From: Macrostomum lignano
Lineage: Eukaryota
Assembly (NCBI GenBank): GCA_002269645.1
Contig: NIVC01003216.1
Span: 1 to 64,000 of the forward strand
DNA length: 64,000 nucleotides
Direction: 5' to 3'
In this document: one piece after another, positions 13,021 through 26,441 of the stretch
Numbering within the stretch: the stretch's first letter is position 1
How the letters are laid out: each line of letters opens with the position of its first letter
Translations under genes and position numbers: made by a program
The notes under the pieces: model-generated
The model's database searches: none
What the model was told of the DNA's origin: nothing
The model's input: only the letters and a program-made list of their open reading frames with translations

Positions 13021-13146
<126 letters not shown>

Positions 13147-15697
13147 ATGAGAAAAAAATCATCATAATGGTAGTATAATGCACTATGGAACGTACATACG
13201 CTCGTGACGCACTTTTTAAACAAGCCAGTTATAAAAAATCAATATCTTAACAAATACTGCGTAAAATTAGCTCGTAGTTAAAATACTAAATTTGGCTCTT
13301 TTTATGCTGATTAATCTGTTAAAACAACTTTTAATGAAATTCACAAAATATTCCACGGTACATTGGTTACGATAAATTAAGAAAGAGAACTGGAAGAATA
13401 GAATTTAGAGAATTAAATCAGGGGCTGCATTCCTAATTTAATGATGACAACATGAAACTTGCTATCTCGCTAACGTCCGTTCGAATTTTTCTAAACAAAA
13501 CTTAATCTTGCAATAAACATCCTTCTGTGAATAAAGTTCTTCTGACAGAAGCAATATTTCAGTTTCAAAACATGACCTACAGCTCGAAAATTTAGTAACT
13601 AATCGTAGGAGAAAAACTGGTAGTGTTCTTCAAGATACTACTGCTGGTGCTACTTACTATCTTACGAAAAGATGTGTCCATTTTTTAGTTCAAAAAATCA
13701 ACAAAAATGCTTTGAAACTTTTCGATGGACAGTTTTGATGAAGCAAGTATTGATAGCTTTTTTGTACTGCGTTCAAGGCGTAATCAGAAGCTTGTTGATA
13801 AATCGTCTGAGAATAAAATTTGAGAACGGGCAACGCTCAAAATGCGTTTTATGAACAAATTTCGCACATTTTTGTATGATTAATATGATTGTATTGTGTA
13901 TTTTTTATGATTGTATATGGTGCATGGCTATTCCCATGAGAGTCTAAAAACCGGAATATTTGGATTAAAAAATAGCTATTACACATTTTTTTCTAATCCT
14001 AAAATGTATTGAGGAAACTATACAGAACTTTTCGACGTTTAAAAAAACTAACCTTTAGACAAGCGGCTTCAAGAGTTTATACTAACTTTTGTTTTAACAA
14101 GACTATATTCTGTACCAACGAGGAGGGGCTACATACGAATGGCCACTATGTTTTAGCATAGCTCGGTGGATATTCGTTGGAAAAACTGGGCTAAAACCGG
14201 TCTATATAATCCATTTATGAAAAAGACACTAAAGAAAGACTGAAATGTCACCGAAAGGTAGAAAAAAGAGAAAAGTTTAAAAACTCTGCCTCTTGAACGA
14301 AAAGCATTACCCGCTTTATTTGAATTTCGGTCAGTCCAAAGTGAAATATTGGCAATATAGTGTTAAAAACAGAAAAACGGCTCTCTAATGCTATTTATCA
14401 AGACCCTTACAGGTCCTAAGCAAGAAAAATCTTACCACATAACTACCAAATCGACGGTTGCTGACGGATAATGAAATCGAAGAAGGAACTTGAGTTCCCA
14501 TGCTTCTGCAATTTTCAGGAACGGTAGCTATGGAAACCGCATCCATGCACCATCTGTTCTAACAAAAAGTAACCCGACTCCAAATTTCTTCTAGAATAGT
14601 GTAACCACCTGGATTTCCTGAAGAAGCTTCTTTGCAGTAGTTTCAGCTCGATTTTCTGTTTGAAGAAGGCAAAAAACAACATTTTTTCTGTATTATTTTA
14701 CATCCAGACCTCAGTACTTTTGCCATGCAGCAGCGATTTATGTCTTTAATTGCATATCAAGCAAAAATTTAACCTCAAGCATTTATTTTTCGATTTTTTT
14801 AATGAAATATAGTTTTTTTACATTTAATATTCAACGTTTATTACACGAGTTGAATAACTGGTATATATTCCCCATTTATACGTAGGTGGAAAACGGCTTT
14901 ATTCATCACTTGGATTCGGCCATAGGCAACAAAAAACGAGTTTTTGACCTGGCGCAAAAAACTTTGTCTATGGTAGAAAGCTTCGACCCCACACCTCAAT
15001 CTATGCTTCTTATATTTCTGACTTTACTATTGATATTGCGTGCTATATGTGAAGCAGAGGACATGTAAAACGGAACGGCTAATGGAGTTTTATGACCAAG
15101 CGTTTATATTAACTCGAGAAAGTATGCCATATGCAATTCAATATGTCATGCTACGCTTGTACGTGTATATAGAACTATGGGGCGTCTCAGGAAAGCGTCC
15201 AACCAGCTTCTCATCAATCGACTTTATATTGTTTGAAAGGGATTTTTCAGCAAAAAATCTTGCATCTCTGCGTCCATTATGCAGGTTTCTTCCTAGCGCC
15301 CTCCACGAGGTAAAGCTTACCTCTGCAGGTTTTTTCGAATGTTGACCGAATGCGCCGAACAAAAATTTTGGACATTCCTATTTCTACCAATTTTGATTAA
15401 AGTAGAGATCTGAAAACAACTCTAAAATATGCATGCAGCCGACATAGTGCTTTTTTGCGAGTCCATTATTTATTTGAAACTGCTAACTATAGATAAAAAT
15501 CTTCAGGGTACATAACTTCTGGGTTCATAACTGGGTTCGTAACGGTACACTAAGCTGGCTATAATCAAGCTACAGAGTGTTCTAGAGTTGTCTACGAAAC
15601 ATTTTTCTTACGTTTAGTTTAAAATCTATCAACGGCTTTCTTAAAGTTTCATAGTTTTGTTGTGTTCATAGTTTTTTTCTGCAAAGGGAGTGTAGTC

Positions 15698-17897
15698 CAG
15701 GGACTACTCAATTCTCGGGACGGGAAACGGCCAAATCATGCAGAAAAAAGATGGAGGCCGATTTTCTCTGTTCTCTGCTGATCTTATGTTTTATCGCAAG
15801 AGCTTCAGCTTTTCACTATGTACACAAAATTTATCCCTCTTCAACTTCCTGTAGCCTGTTTCTACTCAAATAATTTCGGATAAATGCTAGGAGACATTTT
15901 ATACAGTACCCCTTTAATACACAAACTCGATGCTTGATAAGCCAAGTGCATCTGTTGTAGAAGTCTATGGGAAACATTGAAGCAAGAAGTGAAAGCTTGT
16001 ATTATACGATGGCCTATAAGGTAAGGACTGATACCATACGAGCGTAGAATGCAAATAAATAGTCAACTTTGGACTCCTCTGTGAGTTAACTTGGCTGGGT
16101 AGCCACGACACGACAGAAATTTTCATTTGCTCTTCCTAATTTTGCTTTGCGTTTTTTCGCATTCATGCCAAGGAAATGCTGTGTGCAATCATGCAAGTCG
16201 AACTATTTGAACGAAAAAACGAAAAATCCTATAGAGAAGGAAAAATGGCGACTGGCTCTACCAAATGTCATCAAGGTGAGTCGAGTAGTAAACTGGTAAT
16301 AATGAAATTCGTGATTTTACTCTCTGCTGGGCAAGTTGGAGAGACAGTGCATTGTCTCTCTTGTTCGGAAGGACAAGTTTTGCGAGGTTTTGTTTCTGTA
16401 GCACACCGCTCATAATTCTACAGGATCCAACACCGCATATGGCAGTATGCGAGAAGCACTGGCCAATATCAGTGCCAATGATAAAACGCAGCAGATATGA
16501 GCGATCTGTCGACCCGCCGTCCGTCTTTGACGTTGCAATTCCCCCATCATGTTTTTTTCAATCGAAATGTGAAAATTTGTTAATACATAAACTGTACACG
16601 TATTGCGCTACCAACATACAAACGATTCTCCATCGCATTGCTTACATCCATAATTTTAGCATTAGCGAGAAAACCAAAAGTCCGTCGCGTTTTGTCTGCC
16701 GAAAGAAATTTTAAACCGGACGAGTTGGAAGAATGCTGCCCTATATTACATTTCAGGTAAGTTTCAAATTGCTTCTTCAAGCAATTTTGTATTCTTGCAC
16801 GAGTATAATAATATTCGTATATATATATCTACTTTCATTTATCTTTTTGGTTTTAACTACCTAGGCTACGTTGCAGCAAAGGAAGGAATTCCCGCTGACG
16901 CAGAAGCAGCACGAAATGAACCATGCGAATTTACGGAGCTTGTTTCCCGTGGAAAGCTAGCGCATCCACCAGAATGGCTTTTCCAATTCTCACGCCTTTG
17001 TTATGCTAGCTTCACATCATATTCACCAAGCTGTGCAACCCGTGTGCAACAGATATTCAATGCTATCGCCGAATATTTCTTTCCAGACAAGGACATTCAT
17101 ACCACTTCGGTGACTCGTCGCCTATCAAACTGCTTTTTCAAAGGACTTGTGCGAAACTGCAAAACTGCAGAACAAACACCAGACGCAAGTGATCGTAAAA
17201 TCACAAAGCTACGCAGTTCGTCTCGTTTATAAGCGCGATTGATACCGACTGAGACTACTGGATTACGAATTCGATTTGTCGCATTGCTTATATTTGCTCA
17301 CTACTATTGGGATACTTTGTTATGCTGACTTTGTTTGTTCTGGTTCATGTGCGTTTTGCACTTGCTTGTGGTTCTCTTGCCTTTTGCTCTTATCGTGTTT
17401 ATTGTTCTTTATATGCTTGTTGTGAATGTTGTGTTTCTTGTACTTATGCATTTGGTGTTGTTGAATAATTCTAGTGCACAATAGTGTGTATTCTAGCGCG
17501 ATCGTTTTCCAAATCTTGGTATACATGTATTGACTACGTATATACAACAGTTTTGTTAATCTTATATCTTATGTTGCATAACTTCTCGTATAATACAAGC
17601 TTTCACTTCTTGCTTCAATGTTTCCCATAGACTTCTACAACAGATGCACTTGGCTTATCAAGCATCGAGTTTGTGTATTAAAGGGGTACTGTATAAAATG
17701 TCTCCTAGCATTTATCCGAAATTATTTGAGTAGAAACAGGCTACAGGAAGTTGAAGAGGGATAAATTTTGTGTACATAGTGAAAAGCTGAAGCTCTTGCG
17801 ATAAAACATAAGATCAGCAGAGAACAGAGAAAATCGGCCTTCATCTTTTTTCTGCATGATTTGGCCGTTTCCCGTCCCGAGAATTGAGTAGTCCCTG
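15698..17897 (+). mobile_element. Internally deleted P-element-like DNA transposon with 312-bp TIRs
   Basis: TIRs 15698-16009 and 17586-17897 are near-perfect and start CAGGGACTACT; 8-bp TSD GTGTAGTC at 15690-15697 and 17898-17905. Inside: THAP-like AVCEKHWP...PPSVF (~16440-16530) and P-transposase-like C-terminus VSRGKLAHPPEWLF...RRLSNCFFKG (~16860-17230); no catalytic core. Confidence 0.85.
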
Positions 17898-17930
17898 GTG
17901 TAGTCTTCAGCCTTTAAACATTTTAGCGCG

Positions 17931-19144
17931 TTAGGCTCCGTAGACTTCGACCTCGCACAAATTAATCGACTTTACTGGGCGATTAGCGATGCGAAACCGG
18001 CTGCCAAACGCGTTGCAGCTAAAGCTGGACACGTTGAACGCCACCGTCAAATCCAGTCGGTTGCAATCGACACCATCAACTTGCAAGTTCACTTGGTTGA
18101 TTCGATCCGCACAGCAGTCTTGCCTGTTGTAGATGACGACATGCGAGATCAGAGCGGGAGCGGACAGCTCACCCTCCCACCAACCGGCCAAGTTATCCAT
18201 CGTGTGCGTACAAGACCCATCTTTAATTATTGGGCTTTTGTTACCGTCGATAGCTCTTTCGCAAACTTTGTTGCCATCAGTGGAGCTCTGGGTACAGCCG
18301 ATGAATTGGAGCTTCTCTGAATTGTGGAAAATAGGAATCTACTATTAGTCAGTCGGCTATTTTTTACGTGTAGTTAATAGGCTTTGCTAAATTTTTAACT
18401 CAGTCAAGAATTTCGATAATTTTCAAGGACTGATGCAACGCAACTTTCGGGGACAGATGGCAGAGTACTAGTAATATGTTTCTTAAGGTTACGCACGTAT
18501 TAGGTACACGCTGACGTGCATGTAAACGCACATCTATTCCAAAATATAATTTTCTGACGCTAGATTGGCTCATTTTGTTTTAGTAGTCGAATTTGTGACT
18601 GACGAGGCTAATTCTTGATTAGCTAGTCGAAACCTCTTAACTATGAGATTAGCCATTGACACCCGCAAGCACACGCCGTACCACTGAACCGTCACCTGGA
18701 ATCTTTCTTAATAGACCTCTTGTGCATCAATTGTCCAAATACTCAATATTAAGTGATTTATTATACTCTATAGACTGGACAGTTTATGGGGTGATCCATA
18801 AACTGCCGATAACTTTAATTTACAGCATGCTACCGTTCCAAGCACTCACTAGCTTCAACGGTGTACACGTCACACAGATCCGAGCTTTCCCACTCGTTGT
18901 TGTGGAATGCCAACAAGCTGAACAGTCGGCACAGACCCGGCATCCAGCTGAAACCAAAGCAGTTGCCAGCTTTTTCGGAGCAATCTTTGGCACATTGCAT
19001 CCTACCGATGCCAGCGATGGACTCGATGGCCACTGGGCTCGAGTAGCTGCGCATTCTCACCGCTGAAAACACCAATCGAGCCGTAATGGTGTCAAAAAGC
19101 ACAACAGACAAAAGCAGCAATGACAGCACGCGATTCCGTTTCAT
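17931..19144 (-). CDS. Secreted PAN/apple + F-type lectin, copy 3 (exons 19144-18850, 18316-17931; 226 aa)
   Basis: Signal MKRNRVLSLLLLSVVLF; CAKDC...CFGFSW...LCRLF; donor GCTA|GTGAGT; acceptor ttcAG|AG in phase 1; canonical THT...NRQDCCADR with 26-residue spacing. Confidence 0.92.
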
Positions 19145-20124
19145 TGTTTCAATATCTAAGGATCGAATCGATGAATCCGTAGATTTGGCTTGGAATAGTG
19201 GCACCAAGATTTGTGCTTTAATACTGCTTCGAGTAAGCTGTCATTGGCTCTCAAGTTTTCACTACTGGTAAACTCAAACTGGGTTTTTCAAGGAAATAAA
19301 AAAGCAGTAAAGCCATCCGCTCTGTTAAATCGTTAGTTTTTTGCTAAAAAAGAAAATAGAAAACAACAGAAAAGAATGGAATTGGAACGAAACCGGTATA
19401 AAGATAAGGGTTCCCCCAAAGATCCACCAGGACGACCATTCGTTGAAAGCAACAAATGAGAAACAATACATACAATGTAATTCTGTGTTCTTTGCGAAAA
19501 TGCATTCAACAGAAGCGCCGGTGCTTTTTAAGCTTAGTCTTTATTTTTGGGCAGGTGCACAACCAACGTCACGGAAAAAACCACTCACTCAGTGATTCGA
19601 ACACAGCTGGAGGCTGCTGCCCTATCATACCAGGATAATCTGGAGCTCCGACCCAAGCAGCCTACTCAGAATCTTTTCAGACTGAGCTTCAGCAACTTCC
19701 GCAAACGACAGGCATCTCATTGTGCATTGATTCGTGGAAAATAACATGGCCCCATTGAAATTCGATTGTGTGAATACAGGAAATACAGGAATACAGGAAA
19801 GTAGATTTTTTGTGGATTTCGGATTTCGGATTTGTTACGAACAATATCGATTGCTTAAGGAACAATAGGCAGGAGTTATTTTTATAAAACTGGTATCAGT
19901 TTTTTCCTGTGGTGTTCTCTCCCGTGGCCCGCAAGAAATGGTGCCTGGTGTCACTTTTAGAATACCTCAGGCCCTTCGTAAAAACACCAGATAGTCGGAC
20001 TTGAAACAGAGAGGAATACGAGCCCGTTTTATCTTTCTCTTTTCTCTCAGCCCTGTGTGGCTCTCCCCCTTTCCTGGCTTGTCTGCTCTGCTCTGCGGGC
20101 CAGAGCAGATCTCCTCTTATTCTC

Positions 20125-20190
20125 CTCTGATTATTCTCTGATTATTCTCTGATTATTCTCTGATTATCCTCTGATTATTCTCCTCTGATT
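20125..20190. repeat. 11-bp tandem repeat (CTCTGATTATT)n in a CT-rich tract
   Basis: About six visible units. Confidence 0.85.
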
Positions 20191-20908
20191 GGCGTTGCTC
20201 CTTACCCTGCTTCCCTTTCTCTCCCCTCTTTGTTCGGGCCGGTTTTGAGTGTATTTATTAGCCGACTCAGCTGGGGTTGAGTTTGCTCCTGCTTCGCCCG
20301 GTTTTGATGCCAATTGAGATTTAAAACTTTTTCAAATAAAGAGACGCAGAAGTGGTGTCTGCAAAAATCCATTTCATTACGAAGAGACTAGAAATAAACA
20401 GACTAAATACCAGCGGCAAATACAATCAAGGCTGTTGCAATTCGAACTGGCTCTATCGGTAAGTGCTTCCTGTATTTATCCTTTCGGAATTGACAGAACT
20501 GCTACCATACTCCTATCAGTAAAGGCCAGCGCGTACTGTCTACTTTACACTAGGCCTGCTCCGTGGGCCTCAGTGTAAAGTGTGTTAACCCCTCCCCCCA
20601 CCCCCTTCGCCCACCTCTCCTCCGCCCCCCCCCCTCCGCCGCGTGCCGTGGGTTCTTCGACCCAGTATTTTCTGGCTGGACCGTCTGTGTGCAAGTGCTC
20701 AGATTTTTTTTTTTTATTGTTTTATTCTCCTCGGTTTTATCGATCAATTTCGAATTCGACGTACGCCGATACCCGTAATAAATGCAACATACGAAGGGGT
20801 CGCCTTCCCCACCTCGTCGCTGCTTTGTGCTCGCTGCCAACCCGCTGCCTTTGCCTTCCTTTTGCTGCTGGTGGGGTTGCGGGTTAATTACGCCTGTTCG
20901 GTAGCATA

Positions 20909-21543
20909 TACTCAGCAAAAGCGAAAAGTGCCACCAAGCGAAATGAAATTTTTCTCACCAATTGCGACAGCTTCCCACTCACTGCAATTTGACCCTCAAG
21001 TTACGCAGATAAGCCACCGCGAGGAAGGGAAAGTTTATAGAATCAATAATAAACGTCAGTCGCACAAAATCATGTAAGAGTTTGTTTTTATGCAATATGC
21101 AGTCAGAATCGAGATGCCTAATAACGCCTGTGGGATCCCCCTGGCACTCAGAAGTGCAGCGACCCTGCGGGGCATCCCCAGGATGAGGCGGCGCAGAAAG
21201 TCCTGGAGAAGCTGCTGCCAAGCATTTTCAATCGCATGACGCAGCTCCGCAAAATTCTGTGGTGGATTCTCTTTTCGAATGCTGCGTTTTTGGAAGTCCC
21301 AGACATGCTCGATGGGATTCATGTCTGGGGAACAGGAAGGCCAGCGCAGAGTGCGCAGTTGTAGCTGTTCGTCCAGTTGATTAACAGCATCGCTCGGTGT
21401 GGCGGCGTAATGGTACCATTAAGCGGACCCAAGCCGACCAAAAGTGGCAATAAGCTTCGCGCGTGCCGTAAGTTGCGTCACTCGCAATAAGTGAGAAAAA
21501 TGCATCTCGCTTGTAGAGTGGAACTTTTGACTGTTGCTGAGTA
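20909..21543 (-). mobile_element. Internally deleted Tc1/mariner element
   Basis: Imperfect TIRs TACTCAGCAAAAGCGAAAAGTGCC / GGAACTTTTGACTGTTGCTGAGTA with TA flanks. Retains only the transposase C-terminus WPSCSPDMNPIEHVWD...MPRRVAALLSARG. Confidence 0.9.
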
Positions 21544-22340
21544 TATATATATACGCGACCAGATATCATTGGGTACTGCTATCATACTGTTACCTGTACT
21601 TGCATAGAAGAAGTGCTTTGTGAGTGCCCCAGCACCATTGCATCAGGAAATTTATTTACTCGGGACGTCATAACGACCGGAGACCGCTCGGTCTATATTG
21701 CTATTAGTAGCAGTGGGCTGGAGCTTCGAAACCTCCACTGACACGGCACTTCCTTTCATTTTGCTAGGGCTACGACTTTGTCATTTGCTTAGCTATGGAA
21801 AGAATCAGGTGAGACTGTAGGTACACAGTTGAGTTGCTCTGACGAGACGGTAGAATTTCAATTTGGATTGAATGACTTAACGCTTTCGACACCTTGGAAA
21901 TGTATTTTTTTCAAAACAGACAATGCTGATTTCGACGATAGACAATGATTCTATTTGTCGGGAAAAAGAAATCTGCTTTCAAGGAAATAATTTTTGACAC
22001 TTGCGAATAGCAAATTGTCTCTCAATATGAGCGTCTCCTGCGTGTGCCTGCTTATCATCAAGCCAACAAATTCTTAATTATTGTCAAACACGTTCATCCT
22101 TACTTCTCTCACTAGCTCTGTCAGTTGAAAAAAATCTCCTCACTTTTTTAGAATTGGTACAACCGTATGGAGTTTCCGTAGGGTCTTCAACGAGCCTGAA
22201 ACCATTGTTCATAATGAAATCGAACAGTTGTCTAGCGATTCAGGTTTCCCACACTAGTGGGGAACAATTATAGAGTAGCTTTGTACTGCTAATTGATGGC
22301 AATTATCGTGTTTTTTGATTTTATTAGCTCGTAAAAACAG

Positions 22341-23204
22341 CCAGCACCAGGGGCGCCAGCACCAGGGGCGCCAGCACCAGGGGCGCCAGCACCAGGGGCG
22401 CCAGCACCAGGGGCGCCAGCACCAGGGGCGCCAGCACCAGGGGCGCCAGCACCAGGGGCGCCAGCAACAGGGGCGCCAGCAACAGGGTCGCCAGCACCAG
22501 GGGCGCCAGCACCAGGGGCGCCAGCACCAGGGGCGCCAGCACCAGGGGCGCCAGCACCAGGGGCGCCAGCAACAGGGGCGCCAGCACCAGGGGCGCCAGC
22601 ACCAGGGGCGCCAGCAACAGGGGCGCCAGCAACAGGGTCGCCAGCACCAGGGGCGCCAGCACCAGGGGCGCCAGCACCAGGGGCGCCAGCACCAGGGGCG
22701 CCAGCACCAGGGGCGCCAGCACCAGGGGCGCCAGCACCAGGGGCGCCAGCACCAGGGGCGCCAGCACCAGGGGCGCCAGCACCAGGGGCGCCAGCACCAG
22801 GGGCGCCAGCACCAGGGGCGCCAGCACCAGGGGCGCCAGCACCAGGGGCGCCAGCACCAGGGGCGCCAGCACCAGGGGCGCCAGCACCAGGGGCGCCAGC
22901 ACCAGGGGCGCCAGCACCAGGGGCGCCAGCACCAGGGGCGCCAGCACCAGGGGCGCCAGCACCAGGGGCGCCAGCACCAGGGGCGCCAGCACCAGGGGCG
23001 CCAGCACCAGGGGCGCCAGCACCAGGGGCGCCAGCACCAGGGGCGCCAGCACCAGGGGCGCCAGCACCAGGGGCGCCAGCACCAGGGGCGCCAGCACCAG
23101 GGGCGCCAGCACCAGGGGCGCCAGCACCAGGGGCGCCAGCACCAGGGGCGCCAGCACCAGGGGCGCCAGCACCAGGGGCGCCAGCACCAGGGGCGCCAGA
23201 TGAC
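22341..23204. repeat. 15-bp GC-rich tandem array (CCAGCACCAGGGGCG)n, about 57 units
   Basis: Directly visible, nearly homogeneous, with variants only in 22460-22640. Confidence 0.98.
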
Positions 23205-23936
23205 TCAATATAATAACAATGTAAAGCCACTTTTACAGAATTACTAACCATACCAACCATCAAAAAGGTGCCTAAAAAACAGTTTCTTTCCTGTAGATAT
23301 TGGTCTCAGATTAGAGTGTTGGCTTTCTCGCATCCCGCGACACAGGGTGAGCGCTCGGACCGCTGTGGAAATGCGTTTAGGTCTTCGAGCAACGCCAGCG
23401 TGTCGCGATTTGGCACCTCTTCCAGCTGCTCAGCCAGGCAGTCGAAGAAGGCAGGAGCCGCCAAATATTATGGCTCGCAAATATAATGGCTTTTGGGACA
23501 GCCCTCGCAGTCGATGCAGGTCGACTTGCGCCTGCGCGCCCGCTGCATCAGGCAGAAGCTCCATCACTTTTGGAAAGCATGTCTTAAATTAAATTCAATG
23601 CGTGTAAGCCGAAATGGGCTGCAAAAGCTATATAATTGTTATGCTCCTCTTTCAAGCCAGAGTTAGATATTCATTATCAATTAGTTGATCATTGATAATT
23701 CTTCATTAAAGTAGACTTCATTATATTTAAAATTTCTATTTTTCAAGAGGAATCATAAAAACCATTTTGACTCAAATCGTCGTTAGATTGCGTTCAAATT
23801 GTGTAGTTTGTGTAGACTGAGTTGAATGTTGGAAAATGTTGACATTGGGTTTCGATTTTTGTTTTTTCGAAGTACTCGAGAATCAAACACATTCTGTGAC
23901 CAAAGTTATCCAACGGGTTTTGGACAGTTTCCGCAC

Positions 23937-24708
23937 CTAGTTGACGATGGTGTAGAGCTCAAGTTCGCAGATGTTGAGCGATTGCGAGGATCGATGGGCG
24001 ATCCGGAACGTGCTACCAAAGGCGTTGCAGCTGAACGAGCCAATTTTGTAGGTCTCGGCCAAGTTTAACACGTTGCACACGACGCCGTCCACCAGCAGGT
24101 TGACATTCCTTAGCCGGCCACCGCAGCAATCCTGCCGGTTGTAGATCGTGACGTAGGAGATGAGGGCAGGAACAGCCAGGTGCGCCTCCCACCAACCGGC
24201 GTATCCGTCGACGGTATGAGAGCAGGATTTATAGTACAAATTGGGATTCTTGTTTCCGTCGATGGCTCGTTCGCACACGTGGCCACCCTGATCGGAGCTT
24301 TGGTTGCAGCCGGCGATTTTGAGCATTTCTGAAGGTAGGAGAGGATTTTATTTACGAGTACAATGTATTTTACGTGATTTTAACCTAGAAAGAAGGTTAT
24401 CACAACACGATGCCCTCACCACTCTTCATAGTGTACACATCACACTCATCCGAGCGCTCCCACACGTCGCTAAAGAAAGCCGATAAGTCGAAGACGCGGC
24501 ACAGGCCCTTCAACCAGTTGAAGCCGAAGCAGTTTGACTTCTTCGTGCACATTTCTGCGCAGTTCAGTCGGTTGTTGCTCGGCGTGGTTTCTATGGCAAC
24601 AGGAGCCGAGACGCTGCGCTGTTTGACAGCGGTGAACACGATTTTGGCATCGATTCGTTCCAAAACGCCAGCAGAGATCAGCAGGAGTAAAAGGTTCGTG
24701 CAATGCAT
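23937..24708 (-). CDS. Secreted PAN/apple + F-type lectin, copy 4 (exons 24708-24420, 24328-23937; 226 aa)
   Basis: Signal MHCTNLLLLLISAGVL; CAEMC...CFGFNW...LCRVF; 91-bp phase-1 GT-AG intron; canonical SHT...NRQDCCGGR. Confidence 0.92.
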
Positions 24709-26441
24709 TATTGATTCTATTCAGCCGTACACGGTTTTCGAGGGGAGTCTCTACAGATGATCGCCGGTTGCATTTTAGCTGCGACTTCAAGAGCAACTGA
24801 TATACTGATGAGGTCTTGGCTTAGTTGTTGCTTGTCGCACGTATCATTGGATCAGCGGTAGATAAGCCAATAATTTTTCTCAGATTTTCTATATAAAAAT
24901 GTAGTTTTTAATACAAAAAGACAGAATTTCGTTTATTCATGATTCATATGTTTTCGGAAGTCATTTTTTTGCATGCAGAATCTGTTTATTTCCCATATAA
25001 GAGTCTAGTCAATGCAGGAACTTGCGTAGAACCAAAGAAGCGGGAGAGCAGAGATAACCAGGATGCTCGTCTCGTCAAACGACGGTTGAATCCAGAGGCT
25101 GCATTGAAACTTCCTGTTTCACGGTCGCTAGGATATGGTAAAAACCAAGGCTGCAAAGAAGCCTTTCGGTTGGACTTTCTGGTTCCGCTCGCATTTCCCA
25201 TCTTCTACAATGATGCATTGCTTTGCAAGCCGGATGGTGGGAAACTTTTGCACTGCACTGGGTTGAACGGTTTTTATTGTTGATATTGTATTCAGGGGCA
25301 ATCTGCATAGGCTTCTCTGGCGCATCGTATTAAGCAAAGTAAAAAAAGTTTACTGCAGTTTTTTCCCTTCATTCGTTTCCTACTTCTCCCTTCCTGCTCA
25401 GCATAGGAAATTTCCATGAGACAAGAGTCTGTATCGGTAGTGAAGGTTTCTTCTTTCTACGTATTCTCAATAATTTTTGTATTGTCGATTTGATTCTAGC
25501 CGAAAAATCTCAATAAAATTTTTCCTGACAAAATTGTCATTTTAACTTGAATTTCGACACATCTGAAAATCAACAAGATGTAAAAAAGAGAAGATCACGA
25601 AGATTGTCGGAGAAATTTGAAATTTTGGCAAACAAAAACTATAACTGAAAAGCATCAATGCTCGAACTGCAAATGATGTAGCTAGTTTAGTTTGCCAACA
25701 ATATATGGCTCATGGTTGAGACTTGAAGTACGTTTGGATAATTCTGAGATCAGTTATTCCTCAAAAATCATCTTTCAGAAAAAAAACAGAGCGAAGAAGC
25801 TGTGCAAACTAAAAATTAAGCCAAATAGTTCACTTGCCCTGCTTGTTGCATCCCAAATCGCTTGAGGGCAACTCAAGCTGACTGCACTTGCGGCTGTGTC
25901 TGTACGTCCTCTGCTCTGCCTCGACTATTTAGCTAAACTGCACTACACAACTTCTTTGATAGCCGCATTGAATGTAATTTTGAGTTCACGCTCAGAAATT
26001 GGCGATATGTGTCTTGTCACTCCCTGAATTCATGAACCGCATTGTCAGGGAAAGGACCAGTCTGCCCCCCACCCCCTATCTTTACAGCCTAGGCATGACA
26101 ATGAGTTGTTTACTGCAACAATTTGTTTTCTTCGAATACGCAACAAAGTACGCAGTGCAGTGGGAAGAAATCCGTTAGGATGGAAGAACGACGAGGAGTT
26201 CAAAGCGTATTAAAATGAAGGTACGAAAGTTGAAGGTAGAAAGCTGAGAAACTTGTAGAAAATATAAAATAATCAATGTCAGTGTCACAAACTAGAGCAT
26301 AGTAAAATTACTTCTTACGAGATTAAAAATGTTTATGTTGAAAAAGTTTGAGAAAAATTAAATAGTATTAAAACAATATCTAAAAATAAAGCCTTCTTAT
26401 AGACTGTTAAAAATTCTTTTACGTTTTGAACAGGCTTCTTA

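Noticed and set aside
15138-15362. piggyBac-like SIDEKLV peptide
   Set aside because: Single weak motif; no TTAA-flanked TIRs or further transposase blocks found.
22289-23263. Long ORFs (GAPGA)n, (HQGRQ)n, (LAPLV)n
   Set aside because: By-products of a stop-free 15-bp array; no splice signals or unique coding context.
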